From assembly GCA_964247135.1 (NCBI GenBank), contig CAXTTL010000049.1, forward strand, positions 1-23,346: 23,346 nt of DNA. The letters are read 5' to 3'. This document shows positions 1 through 7,787 of this stretch, piece after piece (positions within the stretch are counted from its first letter, which is position 1; every line of letters begins with the position of its first letter). The DNA is from an uncultured Deinococcales bacterium (GTDB lineage: Bacteria > Deinococcota > Deinococci > Deinococcales > JAAFIG01). Made by a program: the position numbers and the translations under genes. The notes below the pieces were generated by a model that was not told where the DNA came from, ran no database searches, and was given only the letters and a program-made list of their open reading frames with translations.

Positions 1-1284
1 CACAAGACTGAAGCGGAAGGCACCACAACAGGTGGTATGGGCATTTACTTAAACAACACCTCGAACGTCTCGTTGGCGCGGATGCAGTTGAATGACTTTG
101 ACAACTACGCGATCCGTGGCTCGACGGTCAACGGTTTTGCCATTTCTGACAGTGTGATCAATGGCACGAATGGCACCAACGGTACAATTGATACCTACGG
201 TGAAGGCAGCGTCTATTTTGGCAGTCCTTCGGGGGTGACAGGATTGACCGGTTCGGCAACCGTCACCAACCTCAACATCAGTGGTGGCTTTGCCCGCAAT
301 TTCTCGCTGGTCAACACAAGCGGCACACTCAACCGCTTCACGATCACTGGTAGCACCTTTGGTTTGACCAAAGCGACCAGCACTGGAAACAGTCTAACAA
401 TGGAAGCCCGCAATGGCGGGACGACACTCAACGCCACCGTCCAAAGCTCGAGCTTTCTGGGTGCATCAGGAGACTTGTTTAACTTCACTGGTCAAACCGG
501 CACGGTCATGAATTTAATTTTTGGCGGCGTTGGTCAAAGCAACACGCTCTCGAACAACCATCCACTCAACAACCTTGGCGGCGGTGGCATCAGTCTGTCA
601 ACCAATGGCTCGATGCGGTTCGATGTCAACCACAACACCTTCAGGGATGCCAGCGGTAGCGCCGTCGGGATGTATTTAGCCAGTACGGCAACCTCTCTGG
701 ATGGAAACTTTGACAACAACACCATTGGGGTGTCTGGTATTGCCGATTCTGGATCAAAGTCGGGCAACGGTATCTTTGTCTCCGCTCTTGGCGGCGGCAC
801 CATCACACTGGCAATCACCAACAACACCATCCAGCGCTACAGTGGTAATGCTGGCTTTTACGGAGATAACACAGGGGGCAGCTATCCAGTCAACTTAACC
901 ATGACTGGAAACACAATCCGTCAGCCTGGCGCAGGCGCCTTTGCCGCTTTTGCATTGACCAATGGTGCTCCGAGCAGCACGGACACAACCAACGTCTTTG
1001 CAAAAATCTCTGGCAATGACTTTAGCGATGGAGTCTCGGCAGGTCCTGACGTGTACCTGGGTGCCAGTGGCAGTGCCGCCGCCAGTCACACCTTTACGCT
1101 CTCGGGTGCGACCGCCGCAAATGTTGCCTCAGAAGTCGCCATCGAAACATTTATCAAGAATGCCAACAACTTGAACAATGCCTCTGTGAATACCATCGTG
1201 GATGCTTACACCGATGCTCCAGTCACGTTTTCTGCTTTTAAAGCATCTGCCAGTTTACCCCCGCTTCCCCTTGCACCTTTATAG
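1..1284 (+). CDS. Large secreted/surface beta-helix (parallel beta-strand repeat) protein, C-terminal part; 5'-truncated by the window
   Basis: Frame is open from position 1 (HKTEAEGTTTGG-MGIY...). Sequence is rich in G/N/S/T with recurring 'I.NNTI', 'ISGNDF' and 'GI.V' beta-helix-like motifs. Stop TAG ends at 1284. Confidence 0.7.
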   Translation, partial: HKTEAEGTTTGGMGIYLNNTSNVSLARMQLNDFDNYAIRGSTVNGFAISDSVINGTNGTNGTIDTYGEGSVYFGSPSGVTGLTGSATVTNLNISGGFARNFSLVNTSGTLNRFTITGSTFGLTKATSTGNSLTMEARNGGTTLNATVQSSSFLGASGDLFNFTGQTGTVMNLIFGGVGQSNTLSNNHPLNNLGGGGISLSTNGSMRFDVNHNTFRDASGSAVGMYLASTATSLDGNFDNNTIGVSGIADSGSKSGNGIFVSALGGGTITLAITNNTIQRYSGNAGFYGDNTGGSYPVNLTMTGNTIRQPGAGAFAAFALTNGAPSSTDTTNVFAKISGNDFSDGVSAGPDVYLGASGSAAASHTFTLSGATAANVASEVAIETFIKNANNLNNASVNTIVDAYTDAPVTFSAFKASASLPPLPLAPL

Positions 1285-1334
1285 CAATTCTGACTGGCAT
1301 CAAAACATAACAAGCCCTTAAAATAACCACCCTG

Positions 1335-1371
1335 AAAAGCTCGAGAATTGAAATGGTTCTCGAGCTTTTTT
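1335..1371 (+). terminator. Intrinsic terminator, possibly bidirectional, with CTCGAG in both arms
   Basis: AAAAGCTCGAGAA (1335-1347), 9-nt loop, TTCTCGAGCTTTTTT (1357-1371), about 50 nt after the upstream stop. Confidence 0.8.
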
Positions 1372-1466
1372 CATGAACGGTTCTCTTGGCGAGTATCAAG
1401 GCATGGTTGCTCGAGTTTGAAAGCAAGAACATTGAACACGTCGCAAACTCGAGTTAGACTCGAGCC

Positions 1467-1766
1467 ATGTTCTGGCGTCGTAAACCCGTTGATACCAAAC
1501 CGCAATACCTCAAAGCCGACGGCACGCTGGCGTACCGTGTGCGGGTCAAAACCGCCAAACGCGGTGAAATTGTCGAGATTCGGTTTACCAAATCTGGCGA
1601 TGTCAGTTCCCAGGAGGGCGGTGGGTATTTCGTGCGCAAGCACATCGTTGGACCGAATACTTTTGACCGTGCGACGCTCGAGATTCACTTTGGCGCAAAT
1701 TACGGCAACCCAAGTTTTAACGTCGAGGGTGGCGAGGTCGTGCCCGTTTCTGAATGGGTCGATTAA
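1467..1766 (+). CDS. Hypothetical 99-aa beta-rich protein (leaderless)
   Basis: Clean ORF with protein-like composition. -10-like TAGACT (1455-1460) lies 6 nt before the ATG. Confidence 0.75.
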   Translation: MFWRRKPVDTKPQYLKADGTLAYRVRVKTAKRGEIVEIRFTKSGDVSSQEGGGYFVRKHIVGPNTFDRATLEIHFGANYGNPSFNVEGGEVVPVSEWVD

Positions 1767-2737
1767 AGCTTAAAACCGTACCGTAAAAGCCGCTGCTCGA
1801 GTTCGAGGTCTTTGGCGGCTCGAGCGCCAAACCTGGACACCACCCAACCAGCAACCTGCGCGGCGAGTTCGGCGGCGGCGAGTGCATTTTTGGATTGCAA
1901 ATAATGTCCCAAAAACGCGCCACAAAACGCATCACCTGCACCCGTGGCATCGACGGCGGTGTCAATGGTGGCGGCAACTTGAAACGAGTTGTGTCCTTCG
2001 GCGATCAGTGCGCCGTTTTTGTCGAGTTTTAAGACGATCATGGTGTCTGGATACAGGTCTTGCAACGCCTCGAGCACCTCGGTTGGGGTTTTTGCACCCG
2101 TCATGGCGCGTCCTTCTTCTAGGTTTGGAAACAGAAAATCGACGCTCATTTCGCGGGTGGTGCGTCTGAATTCCTCGCGTCCAATTTCGCGGATCATCTG
2201 GTAACTGCCAGGGTCAAAACTGACGCTGGCACCCGCCTCGGTGGCAAGTTTGGCGGCACGCAGCGCGGCTTGGCGCGGCGGGTCGGTAAAGACACTCCAG
2301 GCGGTGATGTGAACGTGGCTCGAGGTTTGAATCGCGGCAATTGGCAGCTCAGTTGGCTCGAGCAAGAAATCTGCGCCCTGCGAGGTGATCATGCTTCGCT
2401 GTCCGCTCGAGTCGATCAAGACCAGAATCACACCGGTCGGGCTGGAATCCGTCCAGATGACGTGCGCTGCCACACCCTCGGCTTCCAGGTCTTGCACGGC
2501 AAACTCGCCAAAACGATCCCGTCCGACCTTTCCCAAAAACCCTGTTGGCATTCCGACCCTTGCTGCCCAAACCGCAACATTGGCGCTCGAGCCTCCTGGC
2601 GCGAGTTGCACGCGTCCTGTGGTGTCACCGCCGGGCAAAATGATTTGGTCGGGTTTGGTCAGCACGTCCCAGGCGAGGTCTCCAACGGCAAGCATGGGGC
2701 GGATAGTGTTTTGGGAATTCACAATGCCGAGAATCAT
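1763..2737 (-). CDS. PfkB/ribokinase-family carbohydrate kinase (start uncertain; GTG at 2722 or a later ATG is possible)
   Basis: N-terminal GGSSANVA...GKVGRDRFG motif and C-terminal DATGAGDAF PfkB signature. Confidence 0.92.
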   Translation of the reverse strand: MILGIVNSQNTIRPMLAVGDLAWDVLTKPDQIILPGGDTTGRVQLAPGGSSANVAVWAARVGMPTGFLGKVGRDRFGEFAVQDLEAEGVAAHVIWTDSSPTGVILVLIDSSGQRSMITSQGADFLLEPTELPIAAIQTSSHVHITAWSVFTDPPRQAALRAAKLATEAGASVSFDPGSYQMIREIGREEFRRTTREMSVDFLFPNLEEGRAMTGAKTPTEVLEALQDLYPDTMIVLKLDKNGALIAEGHNSFQVAATIDTAVDATGAGDAFCGAFLGHYLQSKNALAAAELAAQVAGWVVSRFGARAAKDLELEQRLLRYGFKL

Positions 2738-2809
2738 AACAGTTCAGTTGACGGCGGCTCGAGTAAGCCATTCAACGTAGTCGTACCTCACATTTTCTTA
2801 TGGTTTTCG

Positions 2810-2818
2810 TGCTAATGT
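2810..2818 (+). promoter_or_regulatory. Extended -10 promoter (TG-c-TAATGT) for the short intergenic transcript
   Basis: Matches TGnTAnnnT and predicts a TSS near 2824-2826. No convincing -35. Confidence 0.5.
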
Positions 2819-2824
2819 TTTTGT

Positions 2825-3004
2825 ACACCAGAAAGGGGGTGGTCCAACTGTTAAGCAAAAGATTTATGGTTGGTGGAGGTGCTCGTCGGGGCTAGCTCAA
2901 GCCGTCCCTTTTTTCAGGGCGACTGAATCCCGAATGCGGGCATGGGCATAGTCCCAGACCCAGGCGGGTATCGAAGGAGACCAGAATCATCTGGTCTCTT
3001 TTTT
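2825..3004 (+). ncRNA. Candidate stand-alone small RNA or micro-ORF transcript with extended anti-16S-3'-end element
   Basis: Bounded by a candidate promoter and a strong terminator. Contains AGAAAGGGGGTGGTCCAACTG (2830-2850), a second SD GGAGGTG (2875-2881), a short ORF ending at TAG 2893-2895, and several small hairpins. Confidence 0.55.
2977..3004 (+). terminator. Intrinsic terminator
   Basis: Perfect 9-bp stem GAGACCAGA-ATCA-TCTGGTCTC followed by T6. Confidence 0.88.
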
Positions 3005-3026
3005 ATTGTTGGCATAGAATAGAACC

Positions 3027-3473
3027 GTGAAACTCGAGGATTACACGCTGAATGTGCGTTACCGTGAGGATTGGAATTGTTTTGAAGCCAGCCTGAACGA
3101 ATTTTTTGCGCTGATCGCCAGCGGTCAAACCGAACGGGAAGCCCTGACCGAACTCGAGCGTTTGTACCTCGAGCGCGTGATTTATCTCGAGGCAATTGGC
3201 AAACCGCTGCCGATTCCTGGTGAAGCGCCAGAACCAATGTTTGCCACCAGCGCCAGGGTGGATGCTTTAAGTGGCACGGCAAGGGATTTTTTTCGGCGAG
3301 TATTGAGTTTGGATTACGACGATGTGTTCGTTTCCGACGCCACCAGGCTCGAGGAATTTGGCACGCTGGAATATTTGCGCGAAAAAATCAAACTCGAGTA
3401 CGGTGTGGACATTGGTTTTGACCTCGAGCAACCGCTTTGGGAAGTGCTGGGGAAGATTCGGGGTTTGGCTTAG
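3027..3473 (+). CDS. HicB-like N-terminal domain protein with an uncharacterised C-terminal domain (leaderless)
   Basis: N-terminus 'YTLNVRY.EDWNCFEA...IASGQTEREAL.EL...YLEAIGKPLP.P' fits the HicB partial RNase-H pattern (G.T.EEA...G..lP.P). TAGAAT (3015-3020) lies 6 nt before the GTG. Confidence 0.7.
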   Translation: MKLEDYTLNVRYREDWNCFEASLNEFFALIASGQTEREALTELERLYLERVIYLEAIGKPLPIPGEAPEPMFATSARVDALSGTARDFFRRVLSLDYDDVFVSDATRLEEFGTLEYLREKIKLEYGVDIGFDLEQPLWEVLGKIRGLA

Positions 3474-4096
3474 CCTGCCGTGCGCATCAAGATCAAGACC
3501 AGAACCGTTCCTGCCAAGGCGGTCAGCATTGCCGCAACTCGAGTTTTTTTCATGAACAAGGACAAGCCAAAACCCGTCACTGCCACCAGCAACAAAAATC
3601 CGCCCGACAGGTCAATCAGCCACGCCCAAGGCTTGCCCGAATCGCGTCCTCGGTGAAGGTCGTTTAACACCGCGACTGGTCCTTGCGCCACCACCTTGAG
3701 CGAGTAGGTTCCGTCCTTGATTTCGATGAACGCATCGGCGGCGTAGGCGGGCGCTCGAAAGCTGATGGATGCCTCGTTTTCGTCACTGCGGTGATCGGTC
3801 ACGCTGCCCTTTAAACCGTATTTGGCGCGTAAGGTTTCGGCGGTCGCCAGCCAGTCCACCTTGCCAGATTGCAACCAGGTTTTGGGCATTGTGCCAGTCA
3901 AATTTTGCTCGCTCGAGGCGCTGCCAAAAATCCATTCTGGATGGTTTAAGGTGATGCCTGTGGCAGCAAAGAACACCACCACCAACAGGCTGATCATCGA
4001 GGTGTACAGGTGCAACCAACGCACCAACAAGTACCAACTGCCTCGAGCTTTCGCCGGTTTTTTGGTCTGGATTTTAGCTTCGCTTAAGGTATTCAA
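3470..4096 (-). CDS. PepSY-associated TM helix domain protein
   Basis: Motifs RWLHLYTS...FFAATGITLNHPEW and LNDLHRGRDSG..W.WLID. Sits in the usual operon with DUF2271 and ApbE. Confidence 0.88.
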   Translation of the reverse strand: MNTLSEAKIQTKKPAKARGSWYLLVRWLHLYTSMISLLVVVFFAATGITLNHPEWIFGSASSEQNLTGTMPKTWLQSGKVDWLATAETLRAKYGLKGSVTDHRSDENEASISFRAPAYAADAFIEIKDGTYSLKVVAQGPVAVLNDLHRGRDSGKPWAWLIDLSGGFLLLVAVTGFGLSLFMKKTRVAAMLTALAGTVLVLILMRTAG

Positions 4097-4619
4097 GGTT
4101 CACCGTTTTCAGTTCGCCATCTGGGGTGAAAGATTGCTTTAAAACACTGCTGGTCAGGTTGAGTTTTTCCCTGAACAACTGGTACGGTCCGTGCTCTCGA
4201 GCCATTTCAATGCAGACGTAATACTCGCCTTGGCTCAGCAAATTGCCCTTGTCGTCCTTGCCGTCCCAGGTCAGGCTGTACTTGCCAGGTTGACGGGTTG
4301 GGCTTGAAACGGTAGTCGTTAGGTTGCCGCTGCGATACCAGCGTTTGAGTTCGTTGAGCCAACGCGAACCCTTACCAGATTGCTCGAACCACAATGCCAG
4401 TGTGCGGACTTGTGCGCCCTGGGCATTCTCGAGCCAGACCGCGACATACGGCGGGTGATACCCAAAACTACCCGCGCCAACGATTTCAAATCCGATGTCG
4501 AGTTTCATGGCGCTCGAGAGTTTCGCGGCTTGCGCCAAGCTTTTACCGACCAGCAAGGTCAAGGCTGCGCCCGTGGCTTGGAAGAGAAAGCTTCTGCGGC
4601 TGATTTGACTTTGTTTCAT
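4074..4619 (-). CDS. DUF2271 domain protein with Tat signal peptide
   Basis: Start revised to ATG 4619 (ATGA overlap with the upstream stop). Twin-arginine signal SRRSFL. Motifs PYVAVW.E...RTL.LW, WDGKDDKG and E.AREHG. Confidence 0.88.
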   Translation of the reverse strand: MKQSQISRRSFLFQATGAALTLLVGKSLAQAAKLSSAMKLDIGFEIVGAGSFGYHPPYVAVWLENAQGAQVRTLALWFEQSGKGSRWLNELKRWYRSGNLTTTVSSPTRQPGKYSLTWDGKDDKGNLLSQGEYYVCIEMAREHGPYQLFREKLNLTSSVLKQSFTPDGELKTVNLEYLKRS

Positions 4620-5512
4620 GATCTGACCTCCGTTGTCTGTAAGGCTTGAAAACTTTGATTTATTAGGACTTCCCCTGCAACTGTGACCAATAAACAACCG
4701 ACTTGCGAAGATTCGGTGAACGCCAAACTTTCCTGGGCTTCGAGCACACAGCAGATCGTGGCGATCACGTCGGCGCTGGCGGCATCGGGCGCGATGATCG
4801 TGACCTGGGCAATCTCGGTCACGGCTTTGGCGGCTCGAGGGTCGAAAATATGTGCCCCTCGGTGGGTGTGTCCGCTGGTTGCCACGCCCTGATTTTGAAT
4901 CCGAACTCGAGTCAATTCTGGAGCGTTGTCGGCTTTGGAAAATGGGTGGGCAATTGCGACCTCGAGCGTTCCAGTTCCACGGTGGCACAGATCGCCACCC
5001 AGGTTGACCAGCACTTCTTGCACTCCCTCGAGTTTGAAAGCGGCATTCACGGCTTGATCGGCGATTCGTCCTTTTGCCAGCGCATTAAAGTTGAGTTTGT
5101 GCGCGGTCAGTTTTTGGACTTGGTTTTCTTGCCAAATCCAGAGCGGATGTTGCACATCCTCGAGTTGTTCTTGGCGACGAATCGAATCATGGATTGCGGG
5201 ATGAAACGCGCCGTGGCTGATGTGCTGCCAGTGTTCTGCCGCCTCGAGCAACCAGCGCAAATCGGTTGACGGTGTCATGTTTCCTGCGGTTTGCCAACGG
5301 TTGAGTTCGCTTTCGGGCAAGAAATAACTGTAGACCCGCTCGAGCCTGGCAATTTCCTCGAGAATGGCATGTTCGGCTTTCAAGGCGGTGGCGTGGTTGT
5401 CCACCAGCAATTGCAACTCCAATGCCGTGCCAAGAATCCCTTCAAAACGCGCTTGGTGTTGCAACGCTCGAGGTTTAAAGAATTTTTTGATCGCTGGCAA
5501 AACCGAATTCAC
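4616..5512 (-). CDS. apbE: FAD:protein FMN transferase (ApbE family)
   Basis: Motifs LGT.LEL, SELNR, FNALAKG...D, VNLGGDL, ATSG...HIFDPR and AD..AT. Start revised to GTG 5512, which follows the SD AAGGAGG. Confidence 0.88.
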   Translation of the reverse strand: MNSVLPAIKKFFKPRALQHQARFEGILGTALELQLLVDNHATALKAEHAILEEIARLERVYSYFLPESELNRWQTAGNMTPSTDLRWLLEAAEHWQHISHGAFHPAIHDSIRRQEQLEDVQHPLWIWQENQVQKLTAHKLNFNALAKGRIADQAVNAAFKLEGVQEVLVNLGGDLCHRGTGTLEVAIAHPFSKADNAPELTRVRIQNQGVATSGHTHRGAHIFDPRAAKAVTEIAQVTIIAPDAASADVIATICCVLEAQESLAFTESSQVGCLLVTVAGEVLINQSFQALQTTEVRS

Positions 5513-5535
5513 GGGGCTGACCTCCTTGGTGGTGA

Positions 5536-5568
5536 ATCTTAAAATCCAAGGGTAACAGTTCGGTAACA
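5536..5568 (-). promoter_or_regulatory. apbE operon promoter: -10 TAAGAT with a TGTTACC direct repeat (11-bp period) over the -35 region
   Basis: GGTAACA at 5551-5557 and 5562-5568 on the + strand; ATCTTA at 5536-5541. Confidence 0.55.
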
Positions 5569-5576
5569 ACGCAACG

Positions 5577-6032
5577 TCACTTGTGATACGGTTCGCCGCG
5601 TTCCAGGGTTGCGGCACGGTACAATGCCTCGAGCATCACGAGTTGCGCCAGATCGTGCGGCATGGTCAGGCTCGAGAGTGACCACATCAGGCGAACGCTG
5701 GCGCGTACCTCGTCCGAGAGTCCTTCGTCGCCGCCGACCAGAAACGCCAGCTCACCCTCGCCATTCACGCCCAAACTCGAGATTTGGGCTGTGAGGTTCT
5801 CAGTCGTGAACTGTTTTCCGCGCGGGTCAAGCGCAATCGTGTACGCCCGTCCTGCCGCCTCGAGAAGTGCTTGCCCCTCCTCGAGCATCGCGGTTTCGCC
5901 AGTTCGTTTGGAATCTTTTACTCGGGTGACTTTCAGTTTGTGATACCGCTCGAGGCGTTTTAAGTACAAGCCGCAACCAATTTTGGCGTACTCGTGTTTG
6001 GGTTCTCCGACCGTGATGATGTGCAAACGCAT
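5577..6032 (-). CDS. rlmH: 23S rRNA (pseudouridine1915-N3)-methyltransferase
   Basis: SPOUT motifs ALDPRGKQFT, F.VGG..GL, SLS.LTMPH and YRA......PYHK; 151 aa. Confidence 0.95.
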   Translation of the reverse strand: MRLHIITVGEPKHEYAKIGCGLYLKRLERYHKLKVTRVKDSKRTGETAMLEEGQALLEAAGRAYTIALDPRGKQFTTENLTAQISSLGVNGEGELAFLVGGDEGLSDEVRASVRLMWSLSSLTMPHDLAQLVMLEALYRAATLERGEPYHK

Positions 6033-6035
6033 GAG

Positions 6036-7628
6036 CTAGCGTACTTCATACGCACCGAGGTCAATGCCCGCCCCGAGCGGTCGGATTTTACCTTCGATAT
6101 CGTCTTTTGCAGCCAAACTCGAGCTTCCGGCGTCGATGGCGGGGCTGTCAGTTTGCAGTCGGAAATCTTTGACGTTCAAATCCACAAATTTCGGGTCAAT
6201 GCCAATTAAATTTTTGGTTTTATCGGCGTCAAAACCCAGCCCGCCAAACACCAGATTGCGTTCAAAGACTTGCGTCGCTTTTTCAGCCGCAGTGCTCGAG
6301 TAACGCGTGATGCTGACCCGATCAGGGCGCGGCACGAGAATGTTATTGAACACCCGCACGTCGCTGGCTTCAATGGTTGACGCCTCGCCTTCGGGCGTCT
6401 CTGGCTGAAAAGAATTGTGATACGAGGTGTTGTTGACCATGTCCACATGGTCGCTCGAGTAGACGTGCAAGCCTCGAGCGCCGTTTTCAAACACGATGTT
6501 GTTTTCAACCAGCGTGCGCCCCGTGTAAACGCCCAATTTGGAATTGTTCTGGGTGTTCCTCGAGTCGTCGATGATGATGCCGTTGCCGTCGGTGATGACG
6601 CGTTTGGCGGGGTCGGGGTCGCTGGCGATAAATGGAATTTTGTTTTGATTGCCGTAGACGATATTGCGGCGCACGATCATCTTGTAACCCGTGGTGGTAT
6701 CGCTGTTCCAATTTTGGTACAACGAAATGCCCGAGGTGTCGTAGGGCGAGTAAAACGAATTGCCCCAAACCGTGTTGTCTTCGATGGTCACGTAATCGGC
6801 ATGAATCGTGTAAATACCGCCACCAGGACATTTGGAAACCGTGTTGCCCCGAATGATGACATGGTGCGACAAGATGTTGGTGTTGTATTTCTCGGAAACA
6901 CCCATGCAGTTGCCGCCAGTCAACGGGTTGCTGTTGTTGTTCTTTTCAGCCAGCGCATAATCGAGTGTGATCTGGTCGCGGTTGCCTTCAACTTCAAAAC
7001 CTTCAACCAAAATGTACGATGCCTGCACGCTGATGCCCTGCCAATTTCGGGATTGAACCTTGGGTTTGTGACCAGGGTACGCCATCAAGGCGATCCAAGC
7101 GTTTGCCGTCCCAGAATTGCCGAGCGTCACCACATTGTCGTTCTGGTCGGCTTTGGTGTACGTGCCGTTCATGACCAAAATCGTATCTCCAGGAGCACTT
7201 TTGTCGGCGGCGTTTTGTATCGTCAAGAATGGTCTGGTTTCGGAGAGTCCATCATTGCCATCCGAACCTGTTGCCGAGACAAACCAGACTTTCCCCGCAA
7301 TGTTCACCTCGAGTTTTGCCGCTTGGCTTGAGGTTGACTTCCCTGATGCGTTGAAGGCGTTGAGGGTAAATTGATGCGTGACCTGCTCGGCTTTGGTCTG
7401 TACGACTTGGGTTTCAAACGGTGCGGCGCTGTCGATGCCAAGACTTTGACCATCTTGGAAAAACTCAACTTTGGTCGTGTCTTTGGAAACTCGAGCCATC
7501 AGTTTGACAAGTGCGGGTCGCGCGATTTTTGAAGTTGAGAGTTCCAAGGTCGGTGGCGTGGAAATCTGCGCGGAATTTTCGGCACATGCCACGCAGCACA
7601 TCGCCAGAATCAGGATTTGAATTCGCAT
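6036..7628 (-). CDS. Secreted or lipoprotein with an Ig-like domain and a right-handed parallel beta-helix (pectate-lyase-like) domain
   Basis: Start revised to ATG 7628 (MRIQILILAMCCVAC signal/lipobox-like; TG-t-TACGGT -10 lies 6 nt upstream). Ig-like 'KVEFFQDG..LG.D..APF'. Motif 'FVSATGSD.N.G.S...PF.TIQ.A....PGD', beta-helix repeats, and C-terminal 'DFRL...SPAIDAG...DLGAYE'. Confidence 0.85.
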   Translation of the reverse strand: MRIQILILAMCCVACAENSAQISTPPTLELSTSKIARPALVKLMARVSKDTTKVEFFQDGQSLGIDSAAPFETQVVQTKAEQVTHQFTLNAFNASGKSTSSQAAKLEVNIAGKVWFVSATGSDGNDGLSETRPFLTIQNAADKSAPGDTILVMNGTYTKADQNDNVVTLGNSGTANAWIALMAYPGHKPKVQSRNWQGISVQASYILVEGFEVEGNRDQITLDYALAEKNNNSNPLTGGNCMGVSEKYNTNILSHHVIIRGNTVSKCPGGGIYTIHADYVTIEDNTVWGNSFYSPYDTSGISLYQNWNSDTTTGYKMIVRRNIVYGNQNKIPFIASDPDPAKRVITDGNGIIIDDSRNTQNNSKLGVYTGRTLVENNIVFENGARGLHVYSSDHVDMVNNTSYHNSFQPETPEGEASTIEASDVRVFNNILVPRPDRVSITRYSSTAAEKATQVFERNLVFGGLGFDADKTKNLIGIDPKFVDLNVKDFRLQTDSPAIDAGSSSLAAKDDIEGKIRPLGAGIDLGAYEVR

Positions 7629-7787
7629 TTTACGACCGTAACACCGTGGCATCTGAGAAACGCCGAAAGCAAATGAGATGTGTTGTACAAGGTTTTGGGC
7701 AAAATTCTTGGGTGACAGTTGTGACTCGAGTCTCAAAACGCGAGCCAGTTCACGCCGCGTTCAAACAGATGAGGGTAGTCTGTGAAT

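Noticed and set aside
2830-2850. Possible minus-strand 16S rRNA gene fragment
   Set aside because: The match stops after about 21 nt, the flanks do not continue as rRNA, and the substitutions favour pairing of the + strand transcript instead.
4620-4988. Long N-terminal extension of the DUF2271 ORF overlapping apbE
   Set aside because: The Tat signal, SD and ATGA overlap all place the true start at 4619.
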